Part shown: one piece after another, positions 10,427 to 21,947 of the stretch | Position numbering within the stretch: the stretch's first letter is position 1 | Layout of the letters: the number at the start of each line of letters is the position of its first letter | Sequence record: DRR378314_2167 | Strand: one strand, 5' to 3' | Length of the DNA: 42,347 nucleotides | Notes under the pieces: model-generated | What the model saw: the letters and a program-made list of their open reading frames with translations, nothing else | Told to the model about the DNA's origin: nothing | Database searches by the model: none | Position numbers and translations under genes: made by a program

Positions 10427-10867
10427 ATGAAGCTCGTGAAACTGTTCGGAATTGCCCTGATTGCTATCGGGCTGTCTTCTCCGGCGATGGCACAGCAATC
10501 CGGAGGGCAACCGGACCAGGTTGATCAGCTGGCAAAAATGGTTGGCCTGAGCGAGGACCAGCAAACCGAAATTCGTGGCATCATCGAAGAGATGCAGGCT
10601 GAGATTCAGGAGCTTCAGGGCGAAGCCCAGCAACTGCAGCAGAAGATTCAGGCTCAGATCAAGCCGGATTACGATGAAGATGCGATTCGTGACAACGCCG
10701 AGAAGCTGGGTGATGTGACTGGCGAGATGACGGCCATGTCCACGCTGATGCAGGCGAAGGTTGATGCGGTGTTCACCCAGGAGCAGCGCGATGAGTTGAA
10801 CAAGCGCATGCAGCAAATGCAGCAGCAGATGCAACAGCAGCGTCAGATGCAGCAAGGTATGCAGTGA
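10427..10867 (+). CDS. Spy/CpxP-family periplasmic chaperone
   Basis: Signal peptide ending AMA; LSEDQQ and FTQEQR (LTxxQ-like) motifs; GGAG RBS before ATG 10427. Confidence 0.8.
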   Translation: MKLVKLFGIALIAIGLSSPAMAQQSGGQPDQVDQLAKMVGLSEDQQTEIRGIIEEMQAEIQELQGEAQQLQQKIQAQIKPDYDEDAIRDNAEKLGDVTGEMTAMSTLMQAKVDAVFTQEQRDELNKRMQQMQQQMQQQRQMQQGMQ

Positions 10868-10900
10868 TGATCAGCTCTGCGGGTTAACACCCGTAGCCTG

Positions 10901-10941
10901 AAAAAAAAACCGCCCCGGCGCTCGGCCTGGGCGGTTTTTTT
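10901..10941. terminator. Bidirectional intrinsic terminator
   Basis: A-tract, ccgccc...gggcgg stem, T-tract, between convergent genes. Confidence 0.85.
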
Positions 10942-10962
10942 GTGTCTGTAGCCTGCGGGTGT

Positions 10963-13449
10963 TTATCTCTGAGCGCCAAAAGGCTTGGTCAGCACAATAA
11001 GCCGAGGCAACAACGTAAGCGCCCCCACCAAAGCCATAAACATGGCAAAGCCGGTAAACAGCCCGAAGTAGATGGTCGGGATGAAGTTCGACAGCACCAG
11101 GATCGAAAAGCCGGTAATAATCGTCAGCGAGGTAAAGAACATCGCCTGCCCGATGCTGCGGTGGCAGCGGTGCATGGTGGCGAGGTAGTCGCCGTCTTTC
11201 TCGAATTCCGTCTTGAAACGGTGGATGTAGTGAATGGTATCGTCTACCGCAATGCCCACTGTGATCGCCGCCACCGTAATTGTCATCATATCCAGCGGGA
11301 TCCCCAGCCAGCCCATCAGGCCCAGTACCGAGCCCGCCGCGATCAGGTTCGGTGCCATGCCGATCAGCGCCAGTTTTATCGACCGGAACAGGATCAGGAA
11401 CATCGCCATAATGGCCAGGAACACCACACCGATGGTCTTGATCTGAGAGTCGAACAGGCTCTGCAACATGTTGTTGTACATCACCGTCATGCCCGTGAGC
11501 TTCACCTGATCGTCTTCAAAGCCCATAGTTTCCGTCAGGTGAGTGCGAATGCGATCCAGCAGTTCCTGACGGCGCAGGTCCGGGGAGGTTTCCAGGATGC
11601 GGATGCTGAAGCGGGCCTGGTCGTGCTCCTCGCTGATGTAGGGCGTCAGCAGGATATCCTTCAGGTCATCCGGCACCGCCGAGGGCACGAACGCGAGTTC
11701 CAGAGCATTCAGGGGTTCGCCACCGTTAACCTGGGCGAGGATGTCCAGCGTCGTGTCGATGGACATGACCTTCCCGGTCTCGGGCAGGCTGTCCAGGTAG
11801 TCGTGGACCTTACCCAGGCGGTCCATCTTCTGATAGGTGAACCACGTGTCGCGATATTCCTCCGCACCATCGCAATCCTCCACAAACGGGTCGCAGTCGC
11901 TGGCAAAGGGGTCGCTTCCGGACTCGCTTTCGGGGGGCTTCGCGTCCGTGATCACCACATCCAGCGGCGTAGTGCCGCCCAGGCGATCGTCAATGGTAAT
12001 CATGCCCTGGTGGATTTCAGTGCTGGACTTGAAGTAGTCGATGAAGCTGTTCTCCACCGTCAGGCGATTCAGGCCGATGACGCAGAGCACCGCGATGATG
12101 GTCGAGCCCACCAGAACGGTTTTTCCATAATGCTCGGTGAATCGTGCAAACCCATCCGTAAAGGGAACCCGGTTTGAACGAACCCGGTCATCCAGCGGCG
12201 GTGGCAGCAGCGCCAGCAGGGCAGGGAAGATGAGAAACGTGATGAGGAACGCCACGGTCAGGCCGATGGTCATCATCCATCCGAAGTCGATCACCGGGCG
12301 TATGCCGCTGAAGGTCAGCGAGCCGAAAGCAACGATGGTGGTGATGGCCATGTAGAAACAGGGTTTGATCATGGCCAGCAGGGTGCGCCGCAGGGTGTCC
12401 CGAGGTTCGGCGTCGGGATCGTCGTGCTGGAATTCCCGATAGCGGACGATCAGGTGGATGGTCAGTGACAGGGTCATGATCAACAATAACGACACAAAGT
12501 TGGATGAGATCACCGTAACCGGCCATTGCGCCCAGCTCAGGTAGCCGATCATCAACCAGACGGTAAAGCTGCAGCAAAGCAGTGGCACCAGCACCCAGCG
12601 CCATTGGCGGAAGATGATCGCCAGGGTGAGTAGCAGGAATATCAGCACGCCAACACCGAAGGTGGACAGGTCGTTCTGGATGAAGCGGATCATGTCCGCG
12701 ACGATCATGGGCACGCCGCCCAGGTAGATCTCGGCGCGGTCACGATAGCTGTCGAGGATGGTTCTTACCCGTTTGATGGTTCGATCCCGTTCCTCGCCCT
12801 GGGCCTCAGTGAATTCGATGAATGCCTGGCTGACGGTATCCAGTCGTTGCCGTTCTTCTGCCGAGGCATCGCCGCTGTCCACTTTGTCACGCAGCGCGTT
12901 GCGCTCCCGGAGCAGCTCGAAATAGCGTTCAGGAGTCGGCAGGTTCACCTGTATTGCGGTTGTGCGCGCGTCTTCGCTGATCAGCAGGTTGGGGTAAAGC
13001 GGGTTGTTGAGTAGCGCCTTCCTGGCGGTGTCCGGAGCAACGTCATCCTCATCAATGGTCTTGATCTCGGAGTCGACGGTATCCAGGGTCAGGTCCGGGC
13101 TATGGAGCAGTGGCACGTTGAGAATACTGTTGGTGGAGCTGACGTTGTCAAGGGCTGCCAGCTCATCCCGTAATGACGCCAGCAATGACAGGCCCTCGTC
13201 GCTGAACAACGCCTGATCCGGTGTAAAGGTGACCACGAGAAAATCGTCGGAAGTGGTGAAGCGGCGGTTCACTTCCCGGTATTGCTCCAGGGAGCGATCA
13301 TCTTCAAGAACCAGGGACTCGGCAGAGGCGTCCAGGCGGAACTGGTCCAGCTTCAGGCTGGCAATCACCAGCAGGGCGCCAAACAGCAGGAGTACCAGGG
13401 CAGGATGGGGAAAAATCAGCCGGTCATAGAACGATCGAAGCCAGGACAT
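10963..13449 (-). CDS. MMPL/RND-family transporter
   Basis: Two TM repeats, each with a large periplasmic loop; GIAVDDTIH; start 13449 or 13458. Confidence 0.88.
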   Translation of the reverse strand: MSWLRSFYDRLIFPHPALVLLLFGALLVIASLKLDQFRLDASAESLVLEDDRSLEQYREVNRRFTTSDDFLVVTFTPDQALFSDEGLSLLASLRDELAALDNVSSTNSILNVPLLHSPDLTLDTVDSEIKTIDEDDVAPDTARKALLNNPLYPNLLISEDARTTAIQVNLPTPERYFELLRERNALRDKVDSGDASAEERQRLDTVSQAFIEFTEAQGEERDRTIKRVRTILDSYRDRAEIYLGGVPMIVADMIRFIQNDLSTFGVGVLIFLLLTLAIIFRQWRWVLVPLLCCSFTVWLMIGYLSWAQWPVTVISSNFVSLLLIMTLSLTIHLIVRYREFQHDDPDAEPRDTLRRTLLAMIKPCFYMAITTIVAFGSLTFSGIRPVIDFGWMMTIGLTVAFLITFLIFPALLALLPPPLDDRVRSNRVPFTDGFARFTEHYGKTVLVGSTIIAVLCVIGLNRLTVENSFIDYFKSSTEIHQGMITIDDRLGGTTPLDVVITDAKPPESESGSDPFASDCDPFVEDCDGAEEYRDTWFTYQKMDRLGKVHDYLDSLPETGKVMSIDTTLDILAQVNGGEPLNALELAFVPSAVPDDLKDILLTPYISEEHDQARFSIRILETSPDLRRQELLDRIRTHLTETMGFEDDQVKLTGMTVMYNNMLQSLFDSQIKTIGVVFLAIMAMFLILFRSIKLALIGMAPNLIAAGSVLGLMGWLGIPLDMMTITVAAITVGIAVDDTIHYIHRFKTEFEKDGDYLATMHRCHRSIGQAMFFTSLTIITGFSILVLSNFIPTIYFGLFTGFAMFMALVGALTLLPRLIVLTKPFGAQR

Positions 13450-13501
13450 CGTGAGCATTACCCTACACAGTGAAAACGAGTGCAGAGTGTGCCACAAACT
13501 G

Positions 13502-14722
13502 TCAGTCGACGGTGACCCTGTTTGAGGCCTGTTCCAGGGAATCGATCAGTCGCTTCAGGCGCTGGCTCATATCTGCGCTTTCAGTAAGCTGGATCACCAT
13601 GCTCTGGGTGGTTTCGCGGATACTCTGCACGTTGGCCAGGACGTCGTCGGTGGAACCGGTCTGTTCTGCGGAAACATTCGCTATTTCCTGATTGGTTTCA
13701 TCGATGCGACCGACCACCGAGTTGATGGCGTCCAGGGATTTGCGAGCCTCTTCCGATTCGTCCACACACTGGGTGGCGTCACTTGAGCTGGTGTTCATCT
13801 GGTTGACGGCACCGTTCATGGAGGTCAGGAGTCGGTCAATCGTGCCTTGTATCTGGTCGGTGGAGTCCTGAACACGTTGCGCCAGGTTTCGCACTTCGTC
13901 CGCAACCACGGCAAATCCGCGCCCCTGCTCGCCAGCACGCGCGGCCTCAATGGCGGCGTTCAGCGCCAGCAGATTGGTTTGCTCGGCAATACCCTTGATC
14001 TCGGCGACGGCGTGGCTGATCTCGTGGCTGTTTTCTGCCAGAGCCTGAACGCTATTGGCGGATGTCTGAATGGCGGTGGATAACCGGCGAATGGAGTCTG
14101 CGCTGCGGGCAACCCGCTCGCTGCCGTCGATGGCCGTATTTCTGGCCTCATGGGACAGGGTTTTGGCAATGCCGGCCTGCTCGGCAATGCCGCTAAAGCT
14201 CTGCAACATGGTCTCCACGACTTCGGCACTGCGATCGGCGCCCGATTGCTGGCGGCTGAGGTCATCCCTGCGGGCTTCGGCGGCGGCTGTCAGCTCATGC
14301 ACTTCGCGGTGCAGGTGGTCGATGGCTTCTTTCATGCTTTTGACCACCCCCATGGTGCGGTCCTGCATGGCGTTGAAGGCCTGGCCCATCTCGCCGATTT
14401 CATCGGTTGAGTCCACATGGGCTCGTTCGCTGAGGTTGCCGGACGCCTGCACGGATACCATGGTGTTTTTCAGCCGGTCCACGTGGCGTTCGATGAAGGA
14501 AATCAGCAGTTGTGAACCGGCCATTTCCAGAACCATCAACGCGGCTACAACCAGTGCAAAGCCAGCAGCTGTCTCGCTGAACACCACTGAAAATGTCTGC
14601 TCTGTCAGGCCTGCGATGGTGTGCATGGCATAGAGCACCAGCAGGCAAAGCACGGAAAACACGACAATGTTGAGCAGCCAGAACTTGTATTTAAGCCGGG
14701 CATTTCGGAGCAGTTGGAGCAT
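13502..14722 (-). CDS. Methyl-accepting chemotaxis protein
   Basis: Two TMs, HAMP (DEIGEM), [34 protein letters not shown]. Confidence 0.95.
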   Translation of the reverse strand: MLQLLRNARLKYKFWLLNIVVFSVLCLLVLYAMHTIAGLTEQTFSVVFSETAAGFALVVAALMVLEMAGSQLLISFIERHVDRLKNTMVSVQASGNLSERAHVDSTDEIGEMGQAFNAMQDRTMGVVKSMKEAIDHLHREVHELTAAAEARRDDLSRQQSGADRSAEVVETMLQSFSGIAEQAGIAKTLSHEARNTAIDGSERVARSADSIRRLSTAIQTSANSVQALAENSHEISHAVAEIKGIAEQTNLLALNAAIEAARAGEQGRGFAVVADEVRNLAQRVQDSTDQIQGTIDRLLTSMNGAVNQMNTSSSDATQCVDESEEARKSLDAINSVVGRIDETNQEIANVSAEQTGSTDDVLANVQSIRETTQSMVIQLTESADMSQRLKRLIDSLEQASNRVTVD

Positions 14723-14730
14723 GGCGGATC

Positions 14731-15777
14731 TCAGTCAACAGCTTTGACAGGTATTTGCTGCGCATTGGAGGAGGCAGGCACTTCGGGCACAGCAAGGCCA
14801 AGATTGTTCTTTTCAAAGACGCGATCGGCACGATAGCTGGAGCGCACCATGGGGCCCGATGGCACCTCCATGAAGCCTTTTTCCAGGCCGATCTCACGAT
14901 AGCGATTAAAGTCGTCCGGGGTTACGTACTTTTCCACCGGCAGGTGATTCTGGGTCGGGCGCAGATACTGGCCCAGGGTCAGGATGTCGACGCCAATGGC
15001 CCGCAAATCGTCCATGGTCTCAAGGATTTCTTCCTCGGTCTCACCCAGTCCCAGCATCAGGCTGGTTTTGGTCAGCACGTCCGGGCGGTATTGTTTGGCG
15101 TGGGCCAACACGCTGAGGGTTTTTTCGTAGCCAGCGCGAGGGTCCCGCACGCGGGTCGTCAGGCGTTTTACGGTTTCCACGTTCTGGGCGAATACGTCCA
15201 GGCCTGAATCCACGACCTTCTCGACATGGTCCATCACGGCGTCAAAGTCCGGTGTCAGTGCTTCCACCGCGACATGGGGTGTTCTCTGCTTGATGGCGGA
15301 AACGCAGGCTGCGTAGTGGGCGGCCCCGCCGTCGTCGAGATCGTCCCGGTCAACCGAGGTAAGTACGATGTAGCGCAGGCCCATCAGTTCCACGGATTTT
15401 GCGGTGTTCTCGGGCTCCTCGTGATCCAGCCAGCCCTTGGGGTTGCCGGTGTCCACCGCACAGAAGCGACAGGCGCGGGTGCAGACGGAGCCCATCACCA
15501 TAATCGTGGCGGTGCCGTTGGCCCAGCACTCACCGATGTTGGGGCAGTGGGATTCCTGGCACACCGTACTCAGGCGGTGTTCGCTGACATTCTTGCGTAC
15601 CGCTTCATAGCGCTCGCCACCGGGCATGCGAGCTCGCAGCCAGGAGGGTTTGCGCTGGGTCTTGGTGTCGATGATGCCCGAGCCTGAGCGTTTGATGCCG
15701 TCCTTGATGGCTGAGAATCCATGCTCATTGCGGAACTTGGAACCACTGGTGACGCGGGTTTTGGCACTGTCGCTCAT
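14731..15777 (-). CDS. lipA: Lipoyl synthase
   Basis: [12 protein letters not shown] (CX4CX5C), radical [16 protein letters not shown]; likely start MSDSAK at 15777. Confidence 0.96.
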   Translation of the reverse strand: MSDSAKTRVTSGSKFRNEHGFSAIKDGIKRSGSGIIDTKTQRKPSWLRARMPGGERYEAVRKNVSEHRLSTVCQESHCPNIGECWANGTATIMVMGSVCTRACRFCAVDTGNPKGWLDHEEPENTAKSVELMGLRYIVLTSVDRDDLDDGGAAHYAACVSAIKQRTPHVAVEALTPDFDAVMDHVEKVVDSGLDVFAQNVETVKRLTTRVRDPRAGYEKTLSVLAHAKQYRPDVLTKTSLMLGLGETEEEILETMDDLRAIGVDILTLGQYLRPTQNHLPVEKYVTPDDFNRYREIGLEKGFMEVPSGPMVRSSYRADRVFEKNNLGLAVPEVPASSNAQQIPVKAVD

Positions 15778-15928
15778 TACTGAAGGGCTCTCTTCTCGGC
15801 GGCTGATGTAGGGCTTGGCTATAGCTTGCCTGACCTTAAAGGTTAATCCGCAGCGGCGGCGGATACAAGGCGGGTACGGATAATCACGGGGGTTCCGGGC
15901 ACGACTTTCGTCGTACCCGGTGACCGCC

Positions 15929-17206
15929 TCAGGCCGTCGCTTTTTCCAGCGCCTGGCTGATATCGGCAATGATGTCGTCCACGTGTTCGATGCCGATGGA
16001 TAAACGCACCAGGTCCTCGCTGACACCCGCACTTTTCAGTTCTTCCGGGTTGAGCTGGCGGTGCGTGGTTGTCGCCGGATGGCAGGCAAGGGATTTGGCA
16101 TCGCCGATGTTCACCAGGCGGTAGATCAACTGGAGGGCATCGATAAACTTCGCGCCGTTCTCGAGGCCGCCGGTGATGCCGAAACTGAGAATGCCGGAAG
16201 CGCGGCCACCACAGATCTTGTCACAAGTGGCTTTGTAAGGGCTGTCCGCGAGGGTGGCGTAGTTGACCCACTCTACGGACGGGTGGTTCTGCAGGTAATT
16301 GGCTACCTTCTCCGCGTTCTCGCAGTGGCGCTCCATGCGTAGGCCAAGGGTCTCAAGGCCCTGCATGATCAGAAAGGCATTGAACGGCGCCAGGGCGGCG
16401 CCGGTGTTGCGCAACGGCACCACTCGGCAGCGCCCGATAAAGGCTGCCGCGCCCAGTGCTTCGGTATAGACCACGCCGTGGTAGGACGGGTCCGGCTCGT
16501 TGAGCATCGGGAACTTCGCCTTGTTGGCGGCCCAGTCGAACTTCCCGGAGTCCACCACCACGCCGGCCACCGTGGTGCCGTGGCCACCGATGTATTTGGT
16601 CAGAGAATGAACCACGATATCGGCGCCATGCTCAAAGGGTCGGCAGAGGAAGGGCGTGGCCACCGTGTTGTCCACAATCAGCGGGATGCCGTGTTCGTGG
16701 GCAATCTCCGCCCAGCGCTGGATATCCACCACGTTGCCGGCGGGGTTGCCAATGGACTCGCAGAACAGGGCGCGGGTGTCGTCGTCAATGGCCTTCTCCA
16801 CCGCGTCAAAATCATCGTGTCGTACCATGCGGCAGTCGATGCCCTGGTTCGGCAGGGAATGGGCGAACAGGTTATAGGTGCCGCCATAGAGTTGGCTGGT
16901 GCTGACGATGTTGTTGCCCACTTTGCAGATGGTCTGCAGGGAGTAAAGGATAGCGGCCATGCCGGAGGCTACCGCAAGGGCGCCCACACCGCCTTCAAGT
17001 TGTGCCATGCGTTCCTCCAGCACGGCGTTGGTCGGGTTCATGATCCGGGTGTAGATGTTGCCCTGTACCTTCAGGTCAAACAGGTCGGCACCGTGTTGGG
17101 TGTCGTCAAAAGTGTAAGACGTGGTCTGATAGATGGGCGTGGTGGCGGCATTGGTGGTCGGGTCGCCGTTGAAGCCCGCGTGGAGGGCGAGGGTTTCCGG
17201 TTTCAT
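15929..17206 (-). CDS. metY: O-acetylhomoserine aminocarboxypropyltransferase
   Basis: [20 protein letters not shown] motif [27 protein letters not shown] before 17206. Confidence 0.9.
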   Translation of the reverse strand: MKPETLALHAGFNGDPTTNAATTPIYQTTSYTFDDTQHGADLFDLKVQGNIYTRIMNPTNAVLEERMAQLEGGVGALAVASGMAAILYSLQTICKVGNNIVSTSQLYGGTYNLFAHSLPNQGIDCRMVRHDDFDAVEKAIDDDTRALFCESIGNPAGNVVDIQRWAEIAHEHGIPLIVDNTVATPFLCRPFEHGADIVVHSLTKYIGGHGTTVAGVVVDSGKFDWAANKAKFPMLNEPDPSYHGVVYTEALGAAAFIGRCRVVPLRNTGAALAPFNAFLIMQGLETLGLRMERHCENAEKVANYLQNHPSVEWVNYATLADSPYKATCDKICGGRASGILSFGITGGLENGAKFIDALQLIYRLVNIGDAKSLACHPATTTHRQLNPEELKSAGVSEDLVRLSIGIEHVDDIIADISQALEKATA

Positions 17207-17296
17207 GTTGAGCTCCCTTTTATCAAGCGTTTTTATTGAGACTGAGCGTTCTGGTCGAGTATGCCACAGGCCTCTGAATGTGAGCATTGTTTCATG

Positions 17297-17310
17297 TTGA
17301 CCCCTATCAA
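17297..17310. promoter_or_regulatory. FNR box in the divergent metY/oppA region
   Basis: TTGAC-CCCT-ATCAA. Confidence 0.55.
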
Positions 17311-17349
17311 CTTGTGACATCTTTGTTTCCGCGCTAGGTTCGATCAGAT

Positions 17350-19098
17350 ATGACTGTCAACAACCTGCAAACGATAACAAGTACAGCACGCCGGTCGGAG
17401 AGGCACAGGGGGCGTTGGCTGTTTCGTACACTTCTGGCCTGCCTGGCCCCGTTAATGTTCATTGCCTGTAGCGACAGCGATGACAATCACGCCGAAGGTG
17501 TTGACCGGGCGCCGGAAGCCGCACATGTTGATGCGCCTGAAAGCCGCCTGAAGGAACACCCGACGACGGGTGAAAAGCTGGCCCGAAGACAGGTGCTTGT
17601 GCGAGGCAACGCGAGCGAACCGGCATCGCTGGACCCTCAGCTGGTTCAGGACAGTGTGGGAGGGGCCATTGTGGTTGACCTGTTCGAAGGGTTGACCCGC
17701 TCTGGTCCCAGAGGCGATACCGAACCGGCGATGGCGACATCGTGGACCTCGTCGGACCACAACCTGACCTGGACATTTCAACTCCGGGAAGATGGCCGCT
17801 GGAGCGATGGCACCCCAGTGACTGCTCAGGACTTCGTGTATGGGTGGCGCCGGGCCGTAGACCCTGAGGTTGGCTCCAGTTATGCGTACTACATCGAGTC
17901 CGCCGGGGTGGCCAACGCCGGTGAAATCATCGCCGGGGAGAAGGCGCCGGACACATTGGGCGTGCGCGCCATTGACGACTTCACCTTTGAAGTCACCCTG
18001 GACGAGCCGATCACCTACCTGCCGGACATGACCGTTCACTACACCATGTTTCCCGCGCCCCGCCAGGCCATCAAGGCCCATGGAGAGGACTGGACCAGGC
18101 CGGGCAAGATGGTCTCCAACGGTGCTTACACGCTGCAGGCCTGGCATCTCGGCGAAAAACTGGTGGCGGCTCGCAACCCCCATTACTGGGGGGATGACCA
18201 AACCATCATCGACCGGGTGGTTTACCTGCCCATTGAGTCCTCGTCTGCCGAGCTTCAGCGCTACGCCAGTGGCGAGTTGCACATGACGTCCACGGTGCCG
18301 GTGTCCCAGATGGCACGACTGAAAAAGGAGCGGCCCAAAGAACTGGTGATGGTGCCCAGCATGGCCACCTACATGTACGCCTTCAACGTGGACAGGCCGC
18401 CATTCGATGACGTAAGGGTGCGCCGGGCGCTGACCTACGCCATCGACCGCAATATCATCGTCAGCTACATCACCCGGGGCAACCAGATGCCGGCGTTCAC
18501 GCTGACGCCCCCCTATGTCAGCGGTTTCGATTTCCGGCAGCCGGAATACGCGACCTGGTCCCAGACCCGCCGCGACGAGGAGGCGCGCAACGCCCTTGAA
18601 GAAGCCGGCTACAATGACGACAACCCGCTGGAATTCGAACTGCTCTACAACACCGACGAAAGCCATAAGGCGCTGGCCATCGTGGTCAGCCAGATGTGGA
18701 AGGAGAAGCTGGGTGCAAAGGTCACCATCAGCAATCTGGAGTGGAAAACGTTTCTCTCCGAGAAGCAGGCCGGCAACTATGGCATCGCCCGGTTTGGCTG
18801 GAAAGGGGACTACAACGAAGCCTCGACCTTCCTGACCCTGCTCACCAGCGACAGCGGCAATAACGATGGCGGCTGGAGCAACAAGGAATACGATCAGTTG
18901 CTGCTGGATGCCCGCTCCAGTGACGACCCCAACCCCTATTACGTCAGGGCAGAGGAGATCCTCTGGCAGGAATTTCCGGTGGTGCCGGTCTATTTCAACA
19001 CCACGGTGGCACTGGTGAGCCCGTCCCTGAGGGGCTATCCGGAAAAGAACCCCCGTAACATTGTTTACAGCAAGGATATGTACATCACTGCGGACTGA
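17350..19098 (+). CDS. oppA: Oligopeptide ABC transporter substrate-binding protein (lipoprotein-type signal)
   Basis: EPASLDP, DLFEGL, WSDGTPVTAQDF, PFDDVRVRRAL; lipobox FIAC; start uncertain. Confidence 0.9.
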   Translation: MTVNNLQTITSTARRSERHRGRWLFRTLLACLAPLMFIACSDSDDNHAEGVDRAPEAAHVDAPESRLKEHPTTGEKLARRQVLVRGNASEPASLDPQLVQDSVGGAIVVDLFEGLTRSGPRGDTEPAMATSWTSSDHNLTWTFQLREDGRWSDGTPVTAQDFVYGWRRAVDPEVGSSYAYYIESAGVANAGEIIAGEKAPDTLGVRAIDDFTFEVTLDEPITYLPDMTVHYTMFPAPRQAIKAHGEDWTRPGKMVSNGAYTLQAWHLGEKLVAARNPHYWGDDQTIIDRVVYLPIESSSAELQRYASGELHMTSTVPVSQMARLKKERPKELVMVPSMATYMYAFNVDRPPFDDVRVRRALTYAIDRNIIVSYITRGNQMPAFTLTPPYVSGFDFRQPEYATWSQTRRDEEARNALEEAGYNDDNPLEFELLYNTDESHKALAIVVSQMWKEKLGAKVTISNLEWKTFLSEKQAGNYGIARFGWKGDYNEASTFLTLLTSDSGNNDGGWSNKEYDQLLLDARSSDDPNPYYVRAEEILWQEFPVVPVYFNTTVALVSPSLRGYPEKNPRNIVYSKDMYITAD

Positions 19099-19106
19099 GG
19101 GAAGCC

Positions 19107-20027
19107 ATGTTCAGTTTCATCATCCGGCGTTTGCTAGTGGCCGTGCCCACCATGCTGGCGTTGATCACCGTCTCGTTCGTGCTGATGCACGCAGCGCCGG
19201 GTGGCCCGTTCACCAACGAGCGCAATGTGCCGGAAGCGGTGATGGAGAACATCGAGGCCAAGTACAACCTGGACAAACCCCTGTGGCAGCAGTACCTCAT
19301 CTACGTGGGTAATGTCGCCCAGGGGGATCTTGGGCCCTCGTTCCGCTACAAGGATTTCACGGTTAACGAGCTGATCGAATCCAGCTTCCCCCGATCAGCC
19401 TACATCGGCGCCTGGTCCTTCCTGTTCGTCGTGGTGTTCGGGGTCGCGCTGGGTGTGATTGCCGCCCTGAAACAGAACCGTTGGCCGGACTACACGGTGA
19501 TGACCGCCGCCATGACCGGTGTGGTGTTCCCGAATTTTGTGATGGCACCGCTGCTGGTGCTGTTGTTTGCCGTCACCCTTCGCTGGCTCCCCGCCGGCGG
19601 CTGGGAAGGCGGGCAGGTGGAATACATCGTGCTGCCCATCATCGCCATGGCGACGTCCTACATTGCCCAGGTGGCGCGGATTACCCGCAGCAGCATGATC
19701 GAGACGATGCGCAGCCCGTTCATACGTACCGCCCGAGCCAAAGGCATTCCCCGCCACAAGATCGTATTGCGCCATGCCCTCAAGCCCGCGCTGATTCCGG
19801 TGGTGTCCTATCTGGGGCCCGCCTTCGTGGGCATCATCACCGGCTCGGTGATTATTGACCAGGTGTTCTCCACCGGCGGCATTGGCCAGCACTTTGTGAA
19901 CGGCGCCATCAACCGGGATTACTCGCTGATTCTTGGGGTCACCATCCTTGTGGGTGGGCTGACCATTCTCTTCAACGCTGTGGTGGATATTCTCTACACC
20001 TGGCTGGATCCCAGGGTGCGTTACTGA
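19107..20027 (+). CDS. oppB: Oligopeptide ABC permease
   Basis: APGGPF, GDLGPSF, EAA-loop RTARAKG, LDPRVRY. Confidence 0.92.
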   Translation: MFSFIIRRLLVAVPTMLALITVSFVLMHAAPGGPFTNERNVPEAVMENIEAKYNLDKPLWQQYLIYVGNVAQGDLGPSFRYKDFTVNELIESSFPRSAYIGAWSFLFVVVFGVALGVIAALKQNRWPDYTVMTAAMTGVVFPNFVMAPLLVLLFAVTLRWLPAGGWEGGQVEYIVLPIIAMATSYIAQVARITRSSMIETMRSPFIRTARAKGIPRHKIVLRHALKPALIPVVSYLGPAFVGIITGSVIIDQVFSTGGIGQHFVNGAINRDYSLILGVTILVGGLTILFNAVVDILYTWLDPRVRY

Positions 20028-20959
20028 TGTTTTTCTCCGACAAACACACCGGCATGGGCGAACTGGCGGACACTCTCGCGGAAGACGCCTACACCGAAGG
20101 CCGCAGCCTGTGGCGTGACGCCCGCCGGCGCTTCATGAGCCACCGGGCAGCGGTGGCAAGCCTGGTGGTGCTGGTCCTGTTGCTGTTGTTCGCGGCTTTC
20201 GGCCAGTACCTGTCGCCGTGGGACAACGAATCCATCGATTGGGCCAGTTTGCCGAACCTCGATGAAGACGGCGTGCCAAGCCTGGCCAGCCAGCACTACT
20301 TTGGCCTCGATCCCATCGGCCGGGACCTCTACCAGCGCACCGTGCAAGGCAGCCGGATTTCCCTCATGGTGGGTGTCCTTGGCGCGCTGACGGCGGTGGT
20401 TATCGGCACGCTTTATGGTGCGATCTCCGGTTACGTGGGCGGACGTACCGATGCCATCATGATGCGGACCCTCGAAGTGCTCAGCGCCTTTCCCTTCATG
20501 TTCCTGGTGATCGTGCTGATGGCCGTGTTCGGGCGCAACGTGCTGCTCATCTTCGTGGCTATCGGAGCGGTGAGTTGGCTGAATATGGCCCGTATCGTGC
20601 GGGGTCAGACCCTGAGCCTGAAACGCAAAGAGTACATTGAGGCCGCCATGTCGGTGGGGGTGCACCCCTTCCTGATCGTGCTTCGCCATATCGTGCCCAA
20701 CGTGCTGGGCGTGGTGATTGTCTACGCCACCTTGCTGGTGCCGGAGATGATCCTGTTCGAATCCTTTATCTCCTTCCTGGGGCTGGGGGTGTCGGAACCC
20801 TACACCTCCTGGGGTGCGCTGATTTCCGAAGGCGCGGATGCCATGTGGACCGCGCCATGGACCCTGATTTTTCCCATGCTGATGCTGGTGCTCACCCTGT
20901 TCTGTTTCAATTTTCTCGGCGACGGGCTGCGGGATGCCCTCGACCCCAAAGACCGCTGA
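20027..20959 (+). CDS. oppC: Oligopeptide ABC permease
   Basis: HYFGLDPIGRDL, EYIEAA, GDGLRDALDPK. Confidence 0.92.
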   Translation: MFFSDKHTGMGELADTLAEDAYTEGRSLWRDARRRFMSHRAAVASLVVLVLLLLFAAFGQYLSPWDNESIDWASLPNLDEDGVPSLASQHYFGLDPIGRDLYQRTVQGSRISLMVGVLGALTAVVIGTLYGAISGYVGGRTDAIMMRTLEVLSAFPFMFLVIVLMAVFGRNVLLIFVAIGAVSWLNMARIVRGQTLSLKRKEYIEAAMSVGVHPFLIVLRHIVPNVLGVVIVYATLLVPEMILFESFISFLGLGVSEPYTSWGALISEGADAMWTAPWTLIFPMLMLVLTLFCFNFLGDGLRDALDPKDR

Positions 20960-20978
20960 GCCGGCAGGAACCCGACCT

Positions 20979-21947
20979 ATGGCAATGCTGGAAGTCAACA
21001 ACCTGAAAGTGGCGTTCGATACGCCCGATGGCGAACTGCAGGCGGTGCGGGGGCTCAGTTACCAACTGGACGCTGGGCAGACCCTGGGCATTGTGGGGGA
21101 GTCCGGCGCTGGCAAGAGCCAGGGCGTGTTTGCCCTCATGGGCCTGCTCCCGGACAACGCGCGGGTCAGTGGCGAGGTGTTGTTCGAAGGGGAGCCACTG
21201 CTCAACCTGCCGGAAAAACGCATGAACCAGATTCGCGCGGCTCGCATTGGCATGATCTTCCAGGACCCGATGACGTCCCTGAATCCGTTCATGAAAGTCA
21301 GCGACCAGCTCATCGAAGTGCTGGTGCAGCATAAGGGCATGAGCCGCAAACAGGCCCTGCAGGAATCCCTGCAGATGCTGGATGGGGTCCGCATTCCCGA
21401 GGCCCGCAACCGCATACACCGCTATCCTCACGAATTCTCTGGCGGTATGCGCCAGCGGGTGATGATCGCCATGTCACTGCTGTGCCGGCCGCGCCTGCTG
21501 ATTGCCGACGAACCCACCACCGCCCTGGACGTCACGGTACAGGCCCAGGTAATGGGGCTGCTGAGAGACCTTCAGCAAGAGTTCAACACCGCCATCATCC
21601 TGATTACCCACGATTTGGGCGTCGTCGCGGGAAGCTGCGACCAGACCCTGGTGATGTACGGCGGCCAGATGATGGAATTTGCCGCTACCCGGGACCTGTT
21701 CCGCGATCCCACCCATCCCTACACCAAAGGGTTGATGGGGGCGATTCCCCGTATCGACGAGCAAATGGAGGAGCTGGTTACGATTCCCGGCAACCCACCC
21801 AACCTGATGAACCTGCCCCCGGGTTGCCCGTTCTGCGACCGTTGCCCTGTGGCCGAGCCGCGCTGCTACCACGAACTCGACCCGCCGGAGCTGTTTGAGC
21901 CGGGCCGCATCCGTGTTTGCAACCTGCCAAGGGAGGCCATTCGATGA
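20979..21947 (+). CDS. oppD: Oligopeptide ABC ATPase
   Basis: [26 protein letters not shown]-terminal Cys cluster. Confidence 0.92.
   Translation: MAMLEVNNLKVAFDTPDGELQAVRGLSYQLDAGQTLGIVGESGAGKSQGVFALMGLLPDNARVSGEVLFEGEPLLNLPEKRMNQIRAARIGMIFQDPMTSLNPFMKVSDQLIEVLVQHKGMSRKQALQESLQMLDGVRIPEARNRIHRYPHEFSGGMRQRVMIAMSLLCRPRLLIADEPTTALDVTVQAQVMGLLRDLQQEFNTAIILITHDLGVVAGSCDQTLVMYGGQMMEFAATRDLFRDPTHPYTKGLMGAIPRIDEQMEELVTIPGNPPNLMNLPPGCPFCDRCPVAEPRCYHELDPPELFEPGRIRVCNLPREAIR

Noticed and set aside
17207-17296. SAM or other riboswitch upstream of metY
   Set aside because: Leader is short and shows no recognisable conserved aptamer
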